Shown here: piece after piece, positions 56,328-64,000 of the stretch
Layout: each line of letters begins with the position of its first letter
Numbering within the stretch: position 1 is the first letter of the stretch
Notes under the pieces: model-generated
Database searches by the model: none
Told to the model about the DNA's origin: nothing
Seen by the model: the letters and a program-made list of their open reading frames with translations, nothing else
Position numbers and translations under genes: made by a program
Assembly (NCBI GenBank): GCA_000004985.1
Contig: GG738870.1
Source of the DNA: Naegleria gruberi
Taxonomy: Eukaryota
Length of the DNA: 64,000 nucleotides
Direction: 5' to 3' (one strand)

Positions 56328-58564
56328 ATGAATGATCATCACAATGATGAAAACTCTAAGGAAAATATAGATTATATAAAACAATCTAATGATGATCAAT
56401 CCTTATATCTATTAAATACTACCATTACTATCACTACTACAACTTCTAATAATAATAATAATAATAATACTATTAATAATACTTTTGAAAATAATAATGA
56501 AAGAATACAAGATGAAGATGAATTATCACTTCATTTAGGACAAGAACATTTAAATAATAACACAATTACATATGATGAAGCTATTAATGAGTTAGGATTT
56601 GGTTTATTTCAAATTTTATTAATGCAAGTTTGTGGTGCTGGTTGTTTGGTAAGTTTTTATATATTAAATAAATTATTTAAGTAATATTAAATTATTTAAC
56701 ATTACAATATTTAATATATTATTGTAATAGTTTGATGGTATTGAATTATCTTTAATTTCATTTGTAATTCCAGGTATTAAACAACAATGGAATTTAAATG
56801 CTATTGAAACAGGTGCATTAGGAAGTATTGTATTTTTTGGAATGATGTTTGGTGCTTGGTTTGGAGGTTTTTTAAGTGACAAATTTGGAAGAAAATTAGT
56901 TTTTTGTAGTTCCATTTTTATTTCTTCTGTATTTTTATTAGCAAGTTGTTTTTCTGTTCATTTAGGAATGTTAATTACTTTAAGATTTTTTGTAGGTGTT
57001 GGTTTAGGTGCAATGGGTATGTTTTTATTTATACTTTCTATATTTAGTATTAATAATTTTATATTAAAAAATATAATTTAATAACAATTAATTTAAAAAT
57101 AATAATTTAATATTTAAAATAGTACCATGTGATTTTTCATTAATGTTAGAATTTTTACCATCTAAAAATAGAGGTGCCTTATTAGGATTATTACAAATAT
57201 ATTGGAGTGTAGGAGCAGCACTTGAATGTTTAATTTCCTATTTATGTATTGAAGTAATTTCTAAACAATTTGAAAAAGGAAATCTATTAAATGATGGATG
57301 GAGATGGTGCATGTTTTTTTCTTCCATATTTGGATTTTTAATTTTCTTTTTAAGATTATTTGTTCCAGAATCTCCAAGATTTTATTTAATTAAAAGAAAT
57401 TTTGAAAAAGTTGATCAAGTAATTGAAAAAATTTCAAAATTAAATAGAAAATCTTTAAATGATAAAAAAGTAAGATTAGCAACAACTACTAGAACACAAT
57501 CTTCAATGAAATTATTTTCCAAATCAAGAGATTTCCAAATTGAGATGACACATCAAGAAGAATTTAAATCTTTAACTATTTTTAATCAATTTAAAATGTT
57601 ATTTTCAAAGGAATTTTTATTTTCAACAATATTATTATTTATTATTTGGTTCATGTTAAGTTATGGTGGTTGGGGTTTTAATTGTATGTTTTAATATTAA
57701 TTTATTAATTTTATTTAATTTAATTTTATTTTAATTTTATTTAAATTTTATTTAATTTAATTTTTTAATATTTTTAAAATAGTTTTAATTCCAATTGTAT
57801 TTGAAAAAATTCAACATAATAATGTATATTTAAATTCCTTTTATGTAACAAGTGTTGGATTTATATCGAATATATTAACATTATTTATTATAGATAAAAT
57901 GTCAAGAAGAACACTTATGGGAATAACATTTATATTTACAGGAATATTTACAGCCTTAGTAGGAGTATCAAATAATCCATATTCAGTTTTAACATTTTCA
58001 ATGTTAGCAAATTTCATGTCTTCATTTCCATGGGCATTATTATATACTTATACTCCTGAATTTTATCCAACTTCAATTAGAACAACTGGAATGGGTGCAT
58101 GTTCTGTTTTTACTAGATTAGCAGGTGCAATTACTCCAATGTTTGGTACTTTGGTTTTAGAATCTGGTTATTTCATTCCTTTTTTAACTTATGGAATTGC
58201 TTTAATCATTGCTGGTATTTGTTCTTTTTTATTAAGAAAGGAAACTTTAAATTCTACTTTACAAGATGTTTCAATTCATCAAAAATCAAAAGAAGAATAT
58301 TTTTATTCTGAATTATCTTTAAATGAACCTATTTTAAATGATTTAATTCAACAAGATGATAATAATACTAATAATACTAATAATAATAATAATATGGAGG
58401 AGGATGACAACATGGATGAACAGAGTCAACAAACAAGTCATAACATTAATAATAATAACAACAGCATGTTATTTGAAAGAAATGTTTCTATTGCTACTGA
58501 GCCATCAATGAAACAAGATGAAATTGATTCAAATGATTATGTTATTGCTTCAAATAAATTCTAG
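56328..58564 (+). CDS. MFS transporter (SV2/SVOP / SLC22-like), 4 exons (56328..56648, 56731..57016, 57123..57683, 57783..58564)
   Basis: An N-rich cytosolic N-terminus precedes 12 TM-like segments. MFS motifs are present (GFLSDKFGRKLVF; LRFFVGVGLGAMG; PEFYPTSIRTTGMGACSVFTRLAGAITP). The donors are GTAAGT, GTATGT and GTATGT, and the acceptors are atAG, aatAG and aatAG. Total length is 1950 nt, or 650 codons. Confidence 0.7.
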
Positions 58565-58730
58565 TTTCATTCAGCTTTTCAAACATTGTATTTCAATTAA
58601 ATTTCAATTAAATTTCAATTTTATTTTTTTAATAAGGAAGTAAACAAGTAATTTAATATTGTCATACAAGAGCCTTTCTTTTAAATTTACAATATGCTTA
58701 GAGTTTTTTGACCAATGTAGTCAAAAATAA

Positions 58731-59681
58731 TTAAAAAGTACCAGACATGTTAACAGAACCACCGAATAGAACTGAACGTGTAGGGAATGATTTAGTACCA
58801 CAACTCATTGGTTTGAAAATTGGTTTCTTTTGTTCCTTTTCATCCTTTTTAGATAAAGTTCTCTTATCATATGGATCTTCAATATAAGCAGGGAAATCAC
58901 TTCTTTGTTTAACAGGAGATGGATAGAATGGTTTTCTCTTATCTTCATTTTCCTTCTTTGGTGAAGAAGATTCCTTTTCTAATGCCTTTTTAATTGTTGC
59001 TTCAACTTTATCATCTGTACCTAAAATTCTAGGAGCAGCAACAGATTTATGAGTATCAAAATAATCTAAATGATGTGATGATGAAATAAAAGCCTTCTTT
59101 GCAACTTGTTTAGCCTTTTCATTTTCCTTTTCCTTTTTCTTTTCCATTGAATGATCAAATGGATCAGTTTCGTATTTGTATTCTGTACCTCTTGAAATTG
59201 TTAAACCTAAATATCCAAATGTACCTCTTTTAGGTGGAGATGTATAAATTGGTCTCTTTTGTTCCTTAATTGGTTGTGGTTTTTCACCCTTAGCTAAAAC
59301 TTCATATTCTTGTTCATGTTGAAAAACAGAACCAATTGTACCATAATATGTTCCCAAGCCTACTGATTTCTTTGGAGGTGATGATGGTTTAAATGGTGTC
59401 TTGTGTGTTTGTTGTACTTTAACCTCATTTTCCTTTCTATACTTTCTTTCATTGGTTCCTGGATCCATATAAGGATCACCTTCATAAAGTGATTTAAAGT
59501 CTCCAAATGTAATTCCTTTACCAACTTTACCTCTCTTTGTTGGTCCAGTTAAAAATTGTTTACCAAGTGTTCTACCATCTTTCATTCGTTGGTCTCTTAA
59601 TATTTTACTCTTATCATATTCATCACCAATTGTTGTATATCCTAAATCAACTGGTTCGTTAACGTTTGGTTTGTTACTCAT
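58731..59681 (-). CDS. hypothetical basic repeat protein, possibly a CFAP96/C4orf47 (DUF4586)-like ciliary protein
   Basis: The ATG at 59681 gives MSNKPN.... The track ORF starts at an upstream GTG. Modules of the form P.K+G..G...F.....DP(Y/F)D recur (GKQFLTGPTKRGKVGKGITFGDF...GDPYMDP; IYTSPPKRGTFGYLG...ETDPFDH; KPFYPSPVKQRSDFPAYIEDPYDKR). The family assignment is tentative. Confidence 0.4.
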   Translation of the reverse strand: MSNKPNVNEPVDLGYTTIGDEYDKSKILRDQRMKDGRTLGKQFLTGPTKRGKVGKGITFGDFKSLYEGDPYMDPGTNERKYRKENEVKVQQTHKTPFKPSSPPKKSVGLGTYYGTIGSVFQHEQEYEVLAKGEKPQPIKEQKRPIYTSPPKRGTFGYLGLTISRGTEYKYETDPFDHSMEKKKEKENEKAKQVAKKAFISSSHHLDYFDTHKSVAAPRILGTDDKVEATIKKALEKESSSPKKENEDKRKPFYPSPVKQRSDFPAYIEDPYDKRTLSKKDEKEQKKPIFKPMSCGTKSFPTRSVLFGGSVNMSGTF

Positions 59682-60381
59682 CTTATTGTTATTTTTATGA
59701 TTGTCGTCGTAATATTGTAGTAAATTTACAGTCACCGTTAGAGCGGTAAGGTTTTATATAAATACACTCTCTGAGGGTGTTGTGTTGTTGAGGTATTTTT
59801 TTTAAGATTGGTTTTTAAAACGTAACTGTAGATTTTTTATTCTCTCCCTCAGAGTTCGTTAATAACTGAAAAACTTTACAAGACGTAACGGCAAGTGTCG
59901 ATAAATTTCATCATTTCTCTCTCTCGTACATTTTCAATCAGCAGCAATTAATAATATTTGATGATTGCTGCTACAATCAGTTGATGATTTTAAATATAAT
60001 ATAATATTAAGGAGGATTGATGCTTAATAATAATAATCATGATTCTTAAAGGAACAATATTAATTGAATATATATTAATCAAATAGTGTAACGGTAACAC
60101 GTAAATTTCAAATGTTGATTTGGCGCTAAATTTCAAATCCATCAATGGTCATCAAATTTACTTCTAATTTGAATTTCTAAATATTAAATCAATTATTCAA
60201 AATATAAATATGAAGGAAATCCTTCAAAATATTTAAAGGGAGTTAAATATTTTACACTCTCTTGAACAAAATAACATTCAATTAAAATAATAATATTTAA
60301 AATTAAATTCATTTTAATATTTTACAATTTACTATATTACACAATCAATAATCATTTAAAATAATCATTTAAAATAATAAT

Positions 60382-60592
60382 NNNNNNNNNNNNNNNNNNN
60401 NNNNNNNNNNNNNNNNNNNNNNNNNNNNNNNNNNNNNNNNNNNNNNNNNNNNNNNNNNNNNNNNNNNNNNNNNNNNNNNNNNNNNNNNNNNNNNNNNNNN
60501 NNNNNNNNNNNNNNNNNNNNNNNNNNNNNNNNNNNNNNNNNNNNNNNNNNNNNNNNNNNNNNNNNNNNNNNNNNNNNNNNNNNNNNNNNNNN
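60382..60592. other. assembly gap (211 N)
   Basis: A run of n interrupts the 3' part of the Ras-like CDS. A 16-bp direct repeat (aatcatttaaaataat x2) abuts the left gap edge at 60346..60381. Confidence 0.95.
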
Positions 60593-61209
60593 CACTTGTT
60601 TCAAAATAGGGAGTATCAGATGGTAATTGTAATTCTTCTACAATATATTGTAATGCTTCTTTCTTTGTTATTATTCTTTGATCTGCTAAATCACATTTAT
60701 TAGCAACAATAACAAATGGAACTGAAGTATATAACATGTTATCTTCTTTCACTCTTTTAATTCCCTCTACAAAATTAATTAATTCTTCAAGTGATTGTTT
60801 CATTGTAACATCAAAAACAAGTACAAATCCATCATTTCTTCTCATATATGTATCTCTTAATGCTATTATTATTATGTTATGTTATTATTATATTATTATA
60901 TTATATTATATTGTTATTATTATTTAAATAATTAAATTGTAATAAATTATTATTATAATATTATTAATATTAATAAATGTTATTAAACATACCAATAAAT
61001 TCATCTTGACCAGCAGTATCAGTAATTTCTAATTGTACAACTTTATCATCAACTTTAATTTGTTTCTGATATGAATCTTCTATTGTTGGATCATATTGAG
61101 CTTGATAATAATGTTGTACGAATTGAATTGTTAAGGAACTCTTGCCAACACCACCCCCACCTACTACTGCTATTTTATATTCTGCTTGTTTTCTATTTGA
61201 TGATGACAT
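60593..61209 (-). CDS. Ras-family small GTPase, 3' end lost in gap; exons 61209..60993 and 60862..(gap)
   Basis: Exon 1 is [79 protein letters not shown] donor and a taatAG acceptor flank a 130-nt AT-rich intron. Exon 2 is [20 protein letters not shown]...[14 protein letters not shown]..., matching Ras SAMRDQYMRTGEGFLCVF...NKCDL. G1 to G4 are present; G5 and the CAAX box are presumably in the gap. Confidence 0.65.
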
Positions 61210-61572
61210 TTTTTTAATTGTTGTTTTAATTGATGATGGAACATGTCGCAAAGATCTTGTTAAATGTCATCGAGACAGGATATGAACTTGTGAAGTTTGT
61301 TCAAATACTTAGAATGAACACAAGCACCTCAACTATTTGAACATATTATTACATGTAGAGAAATTGGTTCCATGTTCATTAGTTTTTTGCAAGTCAATAA
61401 ACTGTTGAATATTTGGAAGAGTATTAATAAGGTATGTAATGAAGAGATGTATTGTAGCAGGAATTTTCACATTATTGTAAATGAATTGGTCTCTTAATTC
61501 CTTTATTGAGTACGGAATAATAAGAACTGAAGAAGGCTCCACACTCACTATAACAACATGACCGTATAACTA

Positions 61573-62817
61573 ATGCACACACCCAGTGAGTATATTAATG
61601 AAATTCTCTATGAAAAAAAAATGTCTCAACGTTATGAAATTACAGAATCATCTAAAAGCCTTGATGAAACTATTAAGGAAATTATAAGTGATGCTAAAAA
61701 TCCACTTTCATGTACAATAACATTATCAGATGAATGTTATAATCAAAATTTAACTATTATTGAATGTTCTAATATTAAACAATTACAAATATTAAAAGAA
61801 CGTAATTCAACTAATAATACTAATAACAATAATAATAATACAGCAAATAGTAATAATAACAATACAACATCTACATCAACTGCCCATAATAATACTTCAA
61901 CATCTACTACTACTGATTATAGTAATATTATTAAAAGTGATATTTTATTAAGTAATGAAAATATAATTGAAATTACTAATAATACCAATGATTATACAAA
62001 TATAGAATTTAAAAATTTAACATTTAAAACTAAAGAAGGAACAAATACAATTTTATTTAATAATATAAATATAAAATTAATTAAATGTCAATTTTATGGA
62101 ATTCAATTACAATTTAAAGGTAAATGTAATATTGAAATTGATGAATGTGATTTTAAATATTCACAATTAAATGGAATTGAAATTACTGATGAATCTAAAG
62201 CAAATATTAAAAATTCTATTTTTAATTCAAATGATAAAAATGGAATTAGATTAATTAAAAATAGTAAATTAATTATTGATAAAAGTACATTAAATAATAA
62301 TTTAGGTAATGGTATTGTAACACAAGATGAATCTAATTTAAATATTACAAATTCTATTTTAAAATTTAACCAAACTTATGGTATTTTAACTTACCATAAA
62401 AGTTATATTAATATAAATAGAAATATAATATCTAATAATAAACAAAGTGGATTATATTTAACAAATACAGATAATAAATCAATAATTAAAGATAATCAAA
62501 TAATTAAAAATGAAGAACATGGTATTACTATAGGAGGTATTTCTAATTTAGGAGAAATGGAAATATTAAATAATGAAATTAATAATAATTATTATTATGG
62601 TATTCATGTAATTGATGGAGTTGGTATTCCAATTAAAATAGAAGGTAATAAAATAATTGGTAATCAAAGTGGACCATTAAAAGATGATACTTTAAATGGT
62701 GATTTAAATTTTAAAAATGTTCAAGAATTTATTCAATTTATTAATAAGAATTCACAAGTTTTAACTTTAAATAATAATGATTTAAAATTTAATAATTCAA
62801 ATTGTTTATTAAATTAA
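61573..62817 (+). CDS. parallel beta-helix (PbH1/CASH) repeat protein, N-rich
   Basis: Repeated N.I..N...GI.L units appear (NGIEITDESKANIKNSIFNSNDKNGIRLIKNS...GNGIVTQDESNLNITNSIL...GLYLTNTDNKSIIKDNQIIKNEEHGITIGG...YGIHVIDG). This is the right-handed beta-helix architecture of FBXO11 and SHCBP1 CASH domains. An alternative start lies at 61621. Confidence 0.5.
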   Translation: MHTPSEYINEILYEKKMSQRYEITESSKSLDETIKEIISDAKNPLSCTITLSDECYNQNLTIIECSNIKQLQILKERNSTNNTNNNNNNTANSNNNNTTSTSTAHNNTSTSTTTDYSNIIKSDILLSNENIIEITNNTNDYTNIEFKNLTFKTKEGTNTILFNNINIKLIKCQFYGIQLQFKGKCNIEIDECDFKYSQLNGIEITDESKANIKNSIFNSNDKNGIRLIKNSKLIIDKSTLNNNLGNGIVTQDESNLNITNSILKFNQTYGILTYHKSYININRNIISNNKQSGLYLTNTDNKSIIKDNQIIKNEEHGITIGGISNLGEMEILNNEINNNYYYGIHVIDGVGIPIKIEGNKIIGNQSGPLKDDTLNGDLNFKNVQEFIQFINKNSQVLTLNNNDLKFNNSNCLLN

Positions 62818-64000
62818 TAAAATTTAATTGTTCTTTTAATTGATGTGGTGATTGATTTGAATGATTTGAATGGTGTGATTGAGTTGAATGATGATGTAAA
62901 TGATTGAGTGAATGACTAGTTGAATGATTGATTGAATGATTTAAATGATTGATTGAATAATGTAATCTTGTTGTTTGTGGTTGTACAAGTGATGTTGATG
63001 ATTGTTTTAATTCTTCTTCTTTTTGTTTTAATTTATTAAATTCTACTTGTTCATTATTATTTAAATGTAATTGTTCAATATTTAATTGTTCATTTTGTAA
63101 TTGTTCATTCTGATTATTTAATTGATTATTTAATTGATTATTATAAATATATAAAAAACAATAAGATTGTGAAATCATAATCCATTCTTCAATTCCATCA
63201 AACATTGGATGTTTTTTATGAATTAAATTTAAAATTTTATCATTTTTAATAATTAAATTATAAATATTAAATAAATTATCACATGCAATTAAATGATTAT
63301 TTTGTAAATAATATTTTGAAAATCTTTGTAATTGTTCTTTTAAATCTTTACTAATAGAATTAAATGGACAATTTCTTTTATTTAAATTATTTATCATTTG
63401 TTTACCATAATTATTATTTTCATCTATAATTGGTTCATATATTAAAAATCTTGTATTTTCTTTAAATAAATTATATATAGTATCTATTAATTCATTACTA
63501 TCTTTAGTATTCATATAACATAATGATACTTCACTTATAAATAATGTTTTTATATTTAAATTACAATTATTTATTATTATATTTTTAAATAATTCAATAT
63601 CATTTAAATTACATGATTCTAATATATAATTTATATTTATTTTATTATTATTTAAATTATTTAAATTATTATTTATATTTTTATTATTAGTTATATTTTT
63701 ATTATTATTAATTAAATTAATAAAATTCTTTTTATTTTGAATAACATTATTAAAATCTAAATCAATTAATTTAATATTTATATTAACATTTAAATTATTT
63801 AAAAATTCATTATTATTTAAATAAAAATATAAAGTATCATAACCGCAACCTAAATTAATAATTTGTAATTCATTAAATGTATTATTATTATTTAATTCAT
63901 TATTTAAATTATTTAAATTATCTAAAATATAATGTAAAACTAATTGTTTAATTAATTTATATCTAATATAATAACCTTTAATTATAATAGGAGATGTTAA
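62789..64000 (-). CDS. LCMT1: leucine carboxyl methyltransferase 1 (PP2A methyltransferase), 5' end beyond window
   Basis: The minus frame is open from the window edge. It reads ...GYYIRYKLIKQLVLHYILD...QIINLGCGYDTLYFYL...ISEVSLCYM...FLIYEPIIDENNNYGKQMINNLNKRNCPFNSISKDLKEQLQRFSKYYLQNNHLIACDNLFNIY. This is colinear with LCMT1 NRGYFARVHGVSQLIKAFL / QIVNLGAGMDTTFWRL / ISECVLVYM / [59 protein letters not shown]. It has large N/K/I-rich insertions and a His/Ser/Asn-rich tail. Its last 29 nt overlap the 3' end of the convergent beta-helix CDS. Confidence 0.7.
   Translation of the reverse strand, partial: LTSPIIIKGYYIRYKLIKQLVLHYILDNLNNLNNELNNNNTFNELQIINLGCGYDTLYFYLNNNEFLNNLNVNINIKLIDLDFNNVIQNKKNFINLINNNKNITNNKNINNNLNNLNNNKININYILESCNLNDIELFKNIIINNCNLNIKTLFISEVSLCYMNTKDSNELIDTIYNLFKENTRFLIYEPIIDENNNYGKQMINNLNKRNCPFNSISKDLKEQLQRFSKYYLQNNHLIACDNLFNIYNLIIKNDKILNLIHKKHPMFDGIEEWIMISQSYCFLYIYNNQLNNQLNNQNEQLQNEQLNIEQLHLNNNEQVEFNKLKQKEEELKQSSTSLVQPQTTRLHYSINHLNHSINHSTSHSLNHLHHHSTQSHHSNHSNQSPHQLKEQLNFINLINNLNY

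Noticed and set aside
61333-61548. 71-aa minus ORF in the Ras / beta-helix intergenic region
   Set aside because: It has no homology signal and lies in the promoter region of two flanking genes. It is probably spurious.
1-64000. Initial impression that this is Dictyostelium or another non-ciliated dictyostelid
   Set aside because: An unambiguous BBS7 and other axoneme-type genes are present. Intergenic regions are only moderately AT-rich, unlike D. discoideum, where they exceed 85% AT.

Overview
The window is a 64 kb, gene-dense (about one gene per 2.4 kb), AT-rich eukaryotic nuclear segment. Introns are few, short (37–180 nt), 5'-biased and AT-rich. Most use GTAAGT, GTATGT or GTAGGT donors and YAG acceptors. 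The standard genetic code applies, and many proteins carry N/Q/S-rich low-complexity inserts. I reconstructed about 38 protein-coding genes, including ATAD2-like AAA+, USP5, Nup88-like, PSD, CCDC25, Vps51-like, TPX2-like, p24, DERA, SelM-like, P4-ATPase, p115/Uso1, BBS7, DNAJC11, MCM3, a DRC7-like gene, an MFS transporter, a Ras GTPase and LCMT1. Also present are two identical inverted tRNA-His(GUG) genes, one elongator tRNA-Met(CAU), an eRF1 pseudogene fragment, a partial duplicate of a repeat-bearing exon and one assembly gap. The sequence first looks dictyostelid, but it carries cilium/flagellum genes (BBS7, an N-DRC-like gene, a CFAP96-like gene), so an amoeboflagellate such as a Naegleria-like heterolobosean is more likely; this is inference only. 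Three things deserve a second look. First, a palindromic TTT(G/C)GCGCCAAA (E2F/DHFR-type) element recurs 20–45 bp upstream of start codons in tiny intergenic spacers, including the MCM3 bidirectional promoter. Second, a GVQDVK-repeat ORF that the six-frame track lists separately appears to be the spliced first exon of a Vps51-like tethering gene, and it has a partial paralogous copy 4 kb away. Third, several convergent gene pairs have stop codons that abut or overlap. Multi-exon gene coordinates come from manual splice reconstruction, were checked for frame consistency against the ORF track, and may be off by ±1 nt at a few junctions.
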